From Candidatus Latescibacterota bacterium (GTDB lineage Bacteria; Latescibacterota; CBDEFO01): 64,000 nucleotides of DNA. The notes beneath the pieces were generated by a model. It was not told where the DNA came from. It was given only the letters and a program-made list of their open reading frames with translations, and ran no database searches. Numbering within the stretch: position 1 is the first letter of the stretch; the number at the start of each line of letters is the position of its first letter. This document shows positions 21,768-31,972 of the stretch, in pieces. The stretch is taken from assembly GCA_965237525.1 (NCBI GenBank), contig CBDEFO010000008.1, positions 1,440,001-1,504,000 on the forward strand, in the 5' to 3' direction. The translations under genes and the position numbers were made by a program.

Positions 21768-22508
21768 TTACTCACCGCAAGGGTTGCAAGGATCTATCTT
21801 TTTACTGCAGGGGTCACAAGGATCCATCTTTTTACTGCAAGGGTCGCAAGGATCCATATGTTCGCCGCAAGGAGCGACAGTATTGGCGAACACATCGATG
21901 TCCACTTTGATGTTTTCATCTAACTTAAGGATTACCATCGTGGGAACTTTGATATTATAGTCTGAAAGCTTTATGATAAAAGTTCCCTCGACCCGCATTA
22001 AATCCCCAGGAAGCTTTAAGCGCGTCGTTTCGCTCTCCTTGAAGTAGGTCACCTTTAAGTCCATCTGCTGTTTACGCTTGACACCGTGGAGTTCAAATGT
22101 CCCCTCAGCTACAAGAGCTACTGTCTCCTGATCCGCCAAGGCGTCTTTGGAGGCTGAAATGACCTTATCCAGCGTAAATATAACCTTGGGGAATTTATCG
22201 GTCTCAAGGTATTTATCCCGCATGTGGCTGTCTCTAAGGCCTATTCCTGTCTTCATGCTGGCTAAATCGACCTCGAACTTGGCGGAAGTCCGATCCTTGA
22301 TGTTCATCGGATCGACTTTAATATCCCCTGTGATCTGATTGGTAACCCCGACAATGGTCTCCAAAGGAGCGTGGGATTCAAATCTCATCACGTTCCGCCC
22401 TACCTTGTCCTGAGCGTAGAACGTGGTGGTACCAGCCAGAACTACTGAGGATAATATCAAATATAGGACTGCGCTGAAGACGAGCGTCCTAAAGATGATT
22501 TTTCTCAT
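21768..22508 (-). CDS. YceI-family periplasmic protein with Cys-rich repeat tail
   Basis: Signal peptide, KTGIGLRDSHM, YLETDKFP, GTFELHGV; ATG at 22508 after AAGGAGGT; tail of DPCDPCSKK repeats. Confidence 0.85.
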   Translation of the reverse strand: MRKIIFRTLVFSAVLYLILSSVVLAGTTTFYAQDKVGRNVMRFESHAPLETIVGVTNQITGDIKVDPMNIKDRTSAKFEVDLASMKTGIGLRDSHMRDKYLETDKFPKVIFTLDKVISASKDALADQETVALVAEGTFELHGVKRKQQMDLKVTYFKESETTRLKLPGDLMRVEGTFIIKLSDYNIKVPTMVILKLDENIKVDIDVFANTVAPCGEHMDPCDPCSKKMDPCDPCSKKIDPCNPCGE

Positions 22509-22522
22509 ATTTACCTCCTTAG

Positions 22523-24041
22523 AAGCCTTGTGAAAAACCCTTAGATTCAGAAAGTAGTATAGAACAAGCATTGATAAAGCAGCTCCGATGTATTATATTA
22601 TGTTATTGATAATATTATACATGGAGGAAACAATGACCCCACAAAAGCAGGAACAGACAAATCCGATGTTTCACTATTTTCAGATGGAGGATTTAGTTCC
22701 CGAGGATCATATCCTTCGTCAGATTGATGAGGCAGTTGATTTTTCATTTGTACGAGACGTTGTATCAGATTGTTATTGCCCTGACAATGGCAGACCCGGT
22801 ATTGATCCTGAATTAGTTGTTCGAATGATCCTTATTGGCTATCTGTATAATTTGAGTGAGAATCGGCTCTGTCAGGAAGTGGGGATGCATGCGGCATATC
22901 GGTTGTTTTGTCATCAGACATTTGATGATGCGGTTCCGGATAGGAGCACGATCAACAAGCTTCGCAATCACAAGTGGGCATCCAGTGGGTTGTTTGAACG
23001 GATAATGCGTCAGGTAGTCCAGTGTTGCATAGATGTCGGTGTTGTGAGCGGTAAACACCTTAGTGTCGACGGCACTCAGATACAAGCTGATGCTTCAGTG
23101 AAAAGTATTGAGCCGATAGAACCCCCTGTTTCTCTTGATGATTATCTCAAGGGAATCGGTTTTGAAGGTGATAAGACAAAGGGTAGGTCCGGGCATCCTC
23201 AGGATAAAGACTTTCATGGTGAAAAGTGGACGAACCAAACACACCGTTCGACTACAGACCCCGACGCGCGCTTATACAGCAAATCGAAGGGCAAAGGGGC
23301 TTTTCTCTCGTTTATGGGCCATGATCTGATCGACACAAAAAGCAGAGTAATCCTTGAGACTCAGGGCACGCAGGCGACAGGGACAGCAGAGCCCGAAAGT
23401 GCCCTTAAGATGGTAGATGACCTTGAAACATACACCATGCCCAAAGACATTCAGACACTTAGTGCCGATACCGGTTACGGTTCTGGTAATTTTATCGCTG
23501 ATGTACTTGACCGGGGAATCATACCCCATATTCCTCTGCGAGCCGATGAGAAGATTGAACCGATTCCTACATGGAAAAACAAGACAAATTCAGCACATAT
23601 TCAGGCCGAACGGGATAGAAAAGTGCGAGAGGCGAAAGCCAGAAATCATGCACGGTCTATCTCATTAACAGCTGACTACAAACTCTCCCGGAGACTCCGT
23701 AAACGCAGTGAACATATCTTTGCTGAAGCCAGGCAACAACACGGTATGGGACGAGCCCGTTATAGAGGACCAGCCTCACTGAATGAACAGTTGAATCTTG
23801 TTGCAACAGTACAGAATCTCAAGAGGCTTGTATCTTTCATAAGAAGGGGGAAAGCGTCTATGTGTGCCCTGTCTGTCAAAGACAGTGCATCCTGTTCTTC
23901 AAACAGCTCCTGTTCCTTGCTGACCAGAACTCTGATAAGACTATTTTGCTTATTCCACAGCAAAACGATACGATATGCTACTCTTTGACCCATAATCGGC
24001 GCTTCAGACGCTGCCTGGGACATAACTATTTCACAAGGCTT
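22523..24041 (+). mobile_element. IS1182-like element copy 2, intact transposase (22633..23988)
   Basis: 13-bp IRs; TTAG target duplication; DUF772-like N-terminus (LVPEDHILR, GRPGIDP) and DDE motifs (SVDGT, ADTGY, RSEHIFAE). Confidence 0.95.
22571..22599 (+). promoter_or_regulatory. Transposase promoter inside the IS left end
   Basis: TTGATA-17 bp-TATATT, then GGAGG and ATG at 22633. Confidence 0.55.
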
Positions 24042-24389
24042 TTAGAGAGTTGATGGTTTTTTACCTATCTTCTTGTGGAATTAAGATACGAAATTATAGA
24101 AACGCAGTCAATAGAAAAATCGTGTTATCGTCTATCACCTCCCCTTCATTTGTAAAGGTAAGGAGGCCTTTGACAAAAGTGCGATCATGTGACGGAACAT
24201 CGGGTAGGATTCCGTGAATTTGGCTTGACAAAATTTGGCGATAGAATAAATTTACACTCTAAGTTCCTGTCTTAATCGGCAAATGGGTTATCTGTTGATA
24301 TTTCGAGTCAAGCGGAACGTCCGCCGCGATAGCAGATTGAGGATCTTTCCCTGGTAGCTACGATATTGAAGGGAGGCAGATGAGATAAT

Positions 24390-25349
24390 ATGTTGGATCT
24401 TTACTTGGGCGTTGATTTAGGCGGGACAAATGTGTGTTCGGCTCTGGTAGATGAGGACGGGAATATATTGGGGAGGGATAAGAGACCGATGATATTTAAT
24501 TTGGGCGTGGACAGAGCGATAGAGACGATGATTGCGAGTATGAAAAATGCCCTGAAGGACGGAGGATATGAGACTTCCGATTTAAAGGCGATAGGGATAG
24601 GGTCTCCCGGGCCTTTGAATCCGTTTACGGGCGTGATAATAAACGCTGTCAATTTGCCGGGGTTTCGGAATTTACCCTTAAAGGCAATCATGGAAGAGGA
24701 ATTTGGGGTTCCCGTAGCGGTGGACAACGATGCCAATGTAGTGGCCCTCGGGGAACAGTGGAAAGGCGCTGGAATGGGTGTCGAAAATTTTCTGTGTGTC
24801 ACGCTGGGGACAGGCATAGGGGGAGGAGTCATATCTGAGGGAAAACTTCTGAGAGGGTTCAACGGCAACGCCGCTGAAGTTGGTCACATAACCGTAGATT
24901 ACAATGGGCCTCGATGCAACTGTGGGAATTACGGGTGCGTCGAGGTGTACGCCTCTGCGACGGCGATGGTCAGGAGGACTATAGAAAAGATGGAAAAGGA
25001 AAAGCCGGACACAAGTTTGAAGGACGCGCAAAAGATCACAACTGAGGAGATATTCAAGGCGGCAAACGCGGGCGACAAGTTCGCTTCGGATATGTTTAAG
25101 GAAACAGGAAAGTTTTTGGGCATCGGCATAGTGAGTATGATAAACGTGCTAAACGTTGAAGTAGTGGCGATAGGGGGAGGTTTGGCGGGAGCGGGGGACC
25201 TGATATTTGAGCCGGTCAGAGAGGTCGTATTGCAACGGGGAATCTCAGGTGTGAAGGAAAAAGTCCGGATTGTCCCCGTGGAGTTGGGAGATGACGCTCC
25301 GCTTTTTGGAGCGGCGAAGTTAGCTATGGAAGGGGGAGCCTCTGCTTAG
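24390..25349 (+). CDS. ROK-family sugar kinase (glucokinase-like)
   Basis: GVDLGGT, NDAN, TLGTGIGGG, EVGH, CNCGNYGCVE. Confidence 0.92.
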   Translation: MLDLYLGVDLGGTNVCSALVDEDGNILGRDKRPMIFNLGVDRAIETMIASMKNALKDGGYETSDLKAIGIGSPGPLNPFTGVIINAVNLPGFRNLPLKAIMEEEFGVPVAVDNDANVVALGEQWKGAGMGVENFLCVTLGTGIGGGVISEGKLLRGFNGNAAEVGHITVDYNGPRCNCGNYGCVEVYASATAMVRRTIEKMEKEKPDTSLKDAQKITTEEIFKAANAGDKFASDMFKETGKFLGIGIVSMINVLNVEVVAIGGGLAGAGDLIFEPVREVVLQRGISGVKEKVRIVPVELGDDAPLFGAAKLAMEGGASA

Positions 25350-25407
25350 GGGTTTTGGATCTATATGTGCGGCGGCCTTAATTCTTGTTCTGTCGGGGAA
25401 TGCGGAC

Positions 25408-25806
25408 GTGCTAGCTCAGCCAGAAAGCTCCGAGGCGGATACAACCATAAAGATCAAGTCTCCGACAGGCGCGCTCCTTAGATCTCTGGTAGTCCCGGGA
25501 TGGGGACAGTTCTACAACCAGAAGTACATAAAGACAGGCTTGGTGGCAACAGCTGAGATTTCTCTCCTTGCGGCGGCTATCGTCAGGAATAATCAGGCAC
25601 AGAAGAGCGCTTCTTTGGCTGAAAAGGACTCTTTGAAAGAGAGCAGAAATACTTTCGTCGTATGGCTTATGGGAACGGTTCTCTACAGCATCATAGACGC
25701 CTACGTGGACGCCCATTTATACGACTTTGAGGAGAAAAAAGGCGAAGGAGTTGAGGTATCTGTTTATATAAGGGGAACAGGCCTGGCGATTCGGATGGAT
25801 TTCTAG
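25408..25806 (+). CDS. DUF5683-like membrane protein
   Basis: SPTGALLRSLVVPGWGQFYN and IIDAYVDAHL; the frame stays open upstream to a CTG at 25342 that would add a signal peptide. Confidence 0.75.
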   Translation: MLAQPESSEADTTIKIKSPTGALLRSLVVPGWGQFYNQKYIKTGLVATAEISLLAAAIVRNNQAQKSASLAEKDSLKESRNTFVVWLMGTVLYSIIDAYVDAHLYDFEEKKGEGVEVSVYIRGTGLAIRMDF

Positions 25807-25881
25807 TGACTATAAAAAAGAACAGTGCCAATCTTCCCACTGTGCTTTTTGAGTCAGTCTTAAATTTTAGACTTTGAAGAT
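25751..25881 (+). repeat. Direct repeat copy 1 (gene 3' end plus terminator)
   Basis: First ~70 bp identical to 27108..27177, the rest diverged. Confidence 0.85.
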
Positions 25882-25945
25882 CTGTCCTTTATATAAAATA
25901 ATCTATCTCTCAAAAGAGTACTATCGCAAACCGGGCAGTTTGGAC

Positions 25946-26008
25946 GTCTAACGGAAACAGGATCAGCCGCACTGTTCGTTCGGTGGCGGCTGGATCCCGT
26001 GGTTAGGC
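25946..26008 (-). other. Integron attC site downstream of hicA
   Basis: Minus strand: R'' GCCTAAC (overlaps the hicA TAA), 5-bp CACGG, L'' GATCCAGC ... L' GCTGATC, R' GTTAGAC; one extra base in L''. Confidence 0.85.
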
Positions 26009-26191
26009 AGGTTCGGGAACCTGGAGGTCACGGCAGATCTTTCGAGCAAGAAACTGGTTGATCTCACGGTGCCTGGGAATAACCGATGTCTTCTGTACCG
26101 CCCGATTAACATAAACGGTATAGTTGCCACCCTCACGCAGGAATTCACAACCATGTACTTCCAAGTGCCGGATCAAGTCACGACGCTTCAT
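26003..26191 (-). CDS. hicA: HicA-family toxin (catalytic His replaced by Tyr)
   Basis: MKRRDLIRHL...LREGGNY...VIPRHREI...LARKICRDL. Confidence 0.85.
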   Translation of the reverse strand: MKRRDLIRHLEVHGCEFLREGGNYTVYVNRAVQKTSVIPRHREINQFLARKICRDLQVPEPA

Positions 26192-26412
26192 TCCCCGAAA
26201 ACAGGCAGCAGTTCGCGGATCACTTCCTTCCCTTTCAACGACTCTTCAGCGAGTGTGCGGTTCGCTTCCAGGACGAGCACGGTTGCCTCCTGCAGATTGG
26301 CGCGTGCCTCCTCCAAGGTCGCGCCTTGGGTGTTCGCCCCGGGCAACTCTTCGACGAAACCGATATACCCTTCCGGTACTTTCTGAAACACCGCGGTCAG
26401 TTTGATTTTCAT
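26188..26412 (-). CDS. hicB: HicB-family antitoxin (short form)
   Basis: GYIGFVEELPGANTQGATLEEARANLQEA; ATGA overlap with hicA. Confidence 0.88.
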   Translation of the reverse strand: MKIKLTAVFQKVPEGYIGFVEELPGANTQGATLEEARANLQEATVLVLEANRTLAEESLKGKEVIRELLPVFGE

Positions 26413-26473
26413 TCAGACCCCTCCAGGTTTCTATGCATAACACCTCCTGCGCCAGGAATTCAGCGTTCAATCT

Positions 26474-26543
26474 GCCTAATGTCCAAGCTAACCCACCAGA
26501 CTGGGGAGTTCGCCACGCCGTCAGGTCCCTTCGCTCGTTAGAC
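26474..26543 (-). other. Degenerate attC site between the BsuPI-like gene and hicB
   Basis: Minus strand: GTCTAAC-GAGCG-AAGGGACC...GGTTAGC-TTGGAC-ATTAGGC; ATTAGGCAG complements CTGCCTAAC at the cassette end. Confidence 0.7.
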
Positions 26544-26550
26544 GGCGAGA

Positions 26551-27020
26551 TCACCTCACCTCTATGACGAGGCTTGCCGACATCGGCCAGTCGCTTGCCG
26601 TTAAAGCGCCGGTGATTCTGTATGTCCCGGGATCGAGTTTTCCCTCATATTTTTCGGAGTGGTGATTTCCTCCCTTTCAGGCCATATCTTCTCCTCTCCC
26701 AACATCTGCGCGAACATCTGTCCATCCGACCAGTGCCAGACTTCCTTCGCTCCGAGAAATTCTATAAGTTGATCTGTTTCCACCTCCTCTTGGATGGTAA
26801 AGTCGAATCTCTGGGCATCGCTGAAGTGGAGGGTGATCTCTTCACCTGTTTGGTTGAAGACGCAAAACTCCATAGTGATCGGTTGACCCGCCGTGTAAAC
26901 CGCCCGGTCGGCTGTCAGCTGTACACCGAATCTCGAATCCTGCATGTTCTCGTCTCCCAGCATCGCGACGCTGAACAGCGCTAACATAGCCCCTCCTATC
27001 ACGATCATCTTTAACAACAT
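26551..27020 (-). pseudogene. BsuPI (intracellular proteinase inhibitor)-like exported protein, frameshifted
   Basis: LHFSDAQRFDF, EVWHWSDGQMFAQML; a 1-bp shift near 26660 restores YSEKYEGKLDPGTYRITGAL...IEVR*. Confidence 0.7.
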
Positions 27021-27107
27021 ACTTCTTTCTCCTTCTCTACAACAAAAAACTGGAGCGCTAACAGCAGCGCCCCAGTTTTCACAGCCGATTCTCAGACCTT
27101 TACAGGC

Positions 27108-27237
27108 TTGAGGTATCTGTTTATATAAGGGGAACAGGCCTGGCGATTCGGATGGATTTCTAGTGACTATAAAAAAGCACAGCGAGAATCTTCCCACTGT
27201 GCTTTTCAAGTCAGCCTTAAATCAGACTGTGAGGATT
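27108..27237 (+). repeat. Direct repeat copy 2 (includes a terminator-like hairpin)
   Basis: Matches 25751..25881; AAAAGCACAG...CTGTGCTTTT hairpin. Confidence 0.85.
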
Positions 27238-27254
27238 TGCCTTTTACACATCAT

Positions 27255-28154
27255 TTAGTAAAGTTCGTTAATCCCTGCTATATCTCCTGCATTGAGGTCT
27301 CTCTTCTTTATCTCTCCAGTCCCAGCAAATCTATACATGGTTTCCTCAGTGCAATCGTCGCTAGGATGACCCATACCAAGGGCATGGCCAATTTCGTGGG
27401 ATGCTATGTTTTCAAAGTCCATCTTACCTGCTTCTCCTGCGGCGCTCCAATCAAAATCTACATCATCGTATACTTGATCCCACTCTACTAACCGTCTATT
27501 GAACGGAGGACCCCCAAATACCCCCCATACTATGGTTACTGCGATTGCTCCTGAGCTACTCACATCTGCAAAGTATACTTCATTATTATCATCTGGACTT
27601 TGTGTGTCAGCAACTAATGTCGCTGTGGTAGAGCTGCCATCGCCAAGTATATTAATGCCCGAAGCATCTTCCCATTTCTGGATGTCTGCTCCAAGATTAC
27701 TAAACACAAAACTCCCACTTAATCCTGTTGTATTGGTTGGGTTAACAATCCATGGCTCAACAGTTTTCCATTTGGCGCCCTTTGCCATGAAGGCGAAGCA
27801 GGTAGATTCTCCACCTCCACCGCCTTTGTCTTTTTTCCCGCCACCTGGCGAGCCTGATGGCTTAGCGAATCCATCTTTAGGGTGAATTATCATGAATCCT
27901 TGTACTGGTGTTCCGTCTACGTCAACCGCATGTCCCAAATCGAAAACGTTATCTGCCACCTGCACTGCATGGACTGGTATTGTAACGGCAGGGTTTCTAC
28001 TTCCTTTTGTAACTGTTGCGGATAAGAAATGTGGCTTTCCGCTCGGCTGGACACCTTGATCGCTCATGGGTGAAAGCGGGCCAATGCCCTCACCGCAACT
28101 AAGCCAGACCAAGGCCATAACGATAACAACAGCTAATAGAGAAAAACTTTTCAC
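27255..28154 (-). CDS. Matrixin (M10A) metalloprotease, probable lipoprotein
   Basis: HEIGHALGMGH zinc motif, TMY Met-turn, LSC lipobox. Confidence 0.88.
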   Translation of the reverse strand: MKSFSLLAVVIVMALVWLSCGEGIGPLSPMSDQGVQPSGKPHFLSATVTKGSRNPAVTIPVHAVQVADNVFDLGHAVDVDGTPVQGFMIIHPKDGFAKPSGSPGGGKKDKGGGGGESTCFAFMAKGAKWKTVEPWIVNPTNTTGLSGSFVFSNLGADIQKWEDASGINILGDGSSTTATLVADTQSPDDNNEVYFADVSSSGAIAVTIVWGVFGGPPFNRRLVEWDQVYDDVDFDWSAAGEAGKMDFENIASHEIGHALGMGHPSDDCTEETMYRFAGTGEIKKRDLNAGDIAGINELY

Positions 28155-28285
28155 TGTACCTGCCTCCTTTGGAGGTTACACCTGATATGACACTTCAGGC
28201 ATATGTGTAGTGGTATAACAACTCTTAATTTTGGGCACATATATCCTTCTTAGTATAGTATCGGTCAATATAAAGAAAACATTAA

Positions 28286-29804
28286 AAGCCTTGTGAAATA
28301 GTTATGTCCCAGGCAGCGTCTGAAGCGCCGATTATGGGTCAAAGAGTAGCATATCGTATCGTTTTGCTGTGGAATAAGCAAAATAGTCTTATCAGAGTTC
28401 TGGTCAGCAAGGAACAGGAGCTGTTTGAAGAACAGGATGCACTGTCTTTGACAGGCAGGGCACACATAGACGCTTTCCCCCTTCTTATGAAAGATACAAG
28501 CCTCTTGAGATTCTGTACTGTTGCAACAAGATTCAACTGTTCATTCAGTGAGGCTGGTCCTCTATAACGGGCTCGTCCCATACCGTGTTGTTGCCTGGCT
28601 TCAGCAAAGATATGTTCACTGCGTTTACGGAGTCTCCGGGAGAGTTTGTAGTCAGCTGTTAATGAGATAGACCGTGCATGATTTCTGGCTTTCGCCTCTC
28701 GCACTTTTCTATCCCGTTCGGCCTGAATATGTGCTGAATTTGTCTTGTTTTTCCATGTAGGAATCGGTTCAATCTTCTCATCGGCTCGCAGAGGAATATG
28801 GGGTATGATTCCCCGGTCAAGTACATCAGCGATAAAATTACCAGAACCGTAACCGGTATCGGCACTAAGTGTCTGAATGTCTTTGGGCATGGTGTATGTT
28901 TCAAGGTCATCTACCATCTTAAGGGCACTTTCGGGCTCTGCTGTCCCTGTCGCCTGCGTGCCCTGAGTCTCAAGGATTACTCTGCTTTTTGTGTCGATCA
29001 GATCATGGCCCATAAACGAGAGAAAAGCCCCTTTGCCCTTCGATTTGCTGTATAAGCGCGCGTCGGGGTCTGTAGTCGAACGGTGTGTTTGGTTCGTCCA
29101 CTTTTCACCATGAAAGTCTTTATCCTGAGGATGCCCGGACCTACCCTTTGTCTTATCACCTTCAAAACCGATTCCCTTGAGATAATCATCAAGAGAAACA
29201 GGGGGTTCTATCGGCTCAATACTTTTCACTGAAGCATCAGCTTGTATCTGAGTGCCGTCGACACTAAGGTGTTTACCGCTCACAAGACCGACATCTATGC
29301 AACACTGGACTACCTGACGCATTATCCGTTCAAACAACCCACTGGATGCCCACTTGTGATTGCGAAGCTTGTTGATCGTGCTCCTATCCGGAACCGCATC
29401 ATCAAATGTCTGATGACAAAACAACCGATATGCCGCATGCATCCCCACTTCCTGACAGAGCCGATTCTCACTCAAATTATACAGATAGCCAATAAGGATC
29501 ATTCGAACAACTAATTCAGGATCAATACCGGGTCTGCCATTGTCAGGGCAATAACAATCTGATACAACGTCTCGTACAAATGAAAAATCAACTGCCTCAT
29601 CAATCTGACGAAGGATATGATCCTCGGGAACTAAATCCTCCATCTGAAAATAGTGAAACATCGGATTTGTCTGTTCCTGCTTTTGTGGGGTCATTGTTTC
29701 CTCCATGTATAATATTATCAATAACATAATATAATACATCGGAGCTGCTTTATCAATGCTTGTTCTATACTACTTTCTGAATCTAAGGGTTTTTCACAAG
29801 GCTT
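28286..29804 (-). mobile_element. IS1182-like element copy 3, intact
   Basis: 1519 bp, IRs, TTAA target duplication, transposase 28339..29694. Confidence 0.95.
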
Positions 29805-30892
29805 TTAAAGAGATTCTGATTAGCGAGTTGGTTCTGGGCTTTTGGACATTTGGATTTGCCCCTTCAGTTGCTTCTGCACCGGGGATCATTTCCACCGTGG
29901 CGGGAAATGGAAACCGTGGGTTTTCCGGCGATGGAGGTCCAGCCACCGAGGCGAGCTTGAGTGCTCCTAGGAGCGTATTCGTGGATGGATCGGGGGTTAT
30001 CTATATCGCGGCAAATCTCCGGATACGCAAGGTGGATACGTCGGCCAACATCTCCACCGTGGCGGGAAATGGCATCGTGGGATCTTCCGGCGATGGAGGT
30101 TCAGCCACCGAGGCGAGCGTGAGGTACCCTTCTGGCGTATTCGTGGATGGATCGGGCAATATCTATATTGCGGATAGAAGTCGGATTCGCAAGGTTGATA
30201 CATCAGGCATCGTCTCCACTGTGGCGGGAAGTGGAAACCATGGGTTTTCCGGCGATGGAGGTCCAGCCACCGAGGCGAGCGTGAGGTACCCTACTGGCGT
30301 ATTCGTGGATGGATCGGGCAATATCTATATTGCGGATACGAACAATATTCGGATACGCAAGGTGGATACGTCGGGCATCATCTCCACCGTGGCGGGAAAT
30401 GGAACCCGTGGTTTTTCCGGCGATGGAGGTCTAGGCACCAGTGCGAGCTTGGAGAATCCTACCGCCGTATTTGTGGATGGATCACGCAATATCTATATTG
30501 CGGATTGCGGGAATCATCGGATACGTAAGGTGGATACATCTGGTATCATCTCCACCGTGGCGGGAAATGGAACTCGTGGTTTTTCCGGCGATGGTGGTCT
30601 AGCCACCAGTGCGAGTTTGAATTTTCCTCAGGGCGTATTCGTGGATGGATTGGGCAATATCTATATTGGGGATACCGCCAATCACCGGATACGTAAGGTG
30701 GAGGGCATTCTTGTAGGAGATTTCGACGGAGACAATGAAGTAGGTCTCTCCGATTTTGTCCTTTTTCTGGATGTGTTCGGAACTATGACTAGTTCGGACG
30801 AGTGGAATCCTACATTTGATTTAGACGGTAAGGGAGAGGTTGGTCTGTCGGACTTTGTGATCTTTCTGGATAACTTCGGCAGTACAGGATAG
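29805..30892 (+). CDS. NHL-repeat beta-propeller protein with C-terminal dockerin-like/EF-hand module; start uncertain
   Basis: Five ~56-aa repeats ISTVAGNG..GFSGDGG.AT.ASL..P.GVFVDGSGNIYIAD; GDFDGDNEVGLSDFVLFLDVFG...DLDGKGEVGLSDFVIFLDNFG; the ORF track start lies inside the IS. Confidence 0.85.
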
Positions 30893-31246
30893 CATTACAC
30901 TTAGGGACCGATGGATTTGTGCAAACGAGGAAATTGTTATTGATGAGATAGACTCCATAAACTCCCTGCGAAGTAGTCAAAATGGTATCAAATAAATCTA
31001 ATATTGCTTATACAGCCATGATTGAAGCATCGATGACAATAGTTTGTGATTGAACAATAACTGTGATGTTTTCGTCAGTGTAGATTTCCCTGTACGTATT
31101 TTGTGTTGGTCAGTACTACTTGAGGCTACCGGTATCAAAGGAGTTTTTGCTTTTCCGGATTCTCTCTACCATTTTCCCAATTGTCTATCCTCTATTGACA
31201 TCTACTCCCGACCGTTGTATCTTCCCTCTTAAATCTGATCCAAAAT

Positions 31247-31891
31247 GTGAGGACCCAAGTGAATCACGAACTCGTCTTCAGGGCAATCGTCATCACACTG
31301 TTCATTTCAGGCTTATCGGTCGGGGTGTACTATCGTAGGAAGGCGGCTCAATCTGGAGAAAAACTCTCGAGGCAAGAAGAAGGTCTGCCCATATTCATCG
31401 CGCTGAGACTATTTGGCTTTGCTGCCTGGATTTCTATATTGGTTTACATCGTTTATCCGCCTTGGATGCAATGGTCTACCTTGCAGATCCCCACAGTATT
31501 GCGTTGGTTTGGCGTGATTCTGGGGGCTGTATCTGTCCCCTTATTCTACTGGGTCTTTAGCAGTCTTGGCAAGAATGTAACTGATACAGTTGTGACCAGA
31601 AAACGACATACATTGGTCACAAGCGGACCCTATCGCTGGGTTCGGCACCCACTGTATGCTGTGTGGATTTTGTCTTGGATTGGGTTCACTTTACTTGCGG
31701 CAAATTGGTTTTTCATGCTAATGATCATCTTGGTCTTTACTGTGCTCCTCATTCGAACTCCCATTGAGGAGGCAAAACTGATAGAGAAGTTCGGCGACGA
31801 GTATTGTGGGTATATGAGGCATACAGGGCGCTTTCTACCGCACCTAAATATAATCAGGAGTTTGAGAAAACGATTCGCCGTCGACGTTTGA
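31247..31891 (+). CDS. Isoprenylcysteine carboxyl methyltransferase-family membrane protein
   Basis: LVTSGPYRWVRHPLY, EEAKLIEKFGDEY. Confidence 0.88.
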   Translation: MRTQVNHELVFRAIVITLFISGLSVGVYYRRKAAQSGEKLSRQEEGLPIFIALRLFGFAAWISILVYIVYPPWMQWSTLQIPTVLRWFGVILGAVSVPLFYWVFSSLGKNVTDTVVTRKRHTLVTSGPYRWVRHPLYAVWILSWIGFTLLAANWFFMLMIILVFTVLLIRTPIEEAKLIEKFGDEYCGYMRHTGRFLPHLNIIRSLRKRFAVDV

Positions 31892-31972
31892 CCTGCATCA
31901 GTGGTAGTGAACGTCTAGACTACGAAGCAGGAGGTTTTTACACAGCATGTTTGGTTCTCATTAGTAGTTATT

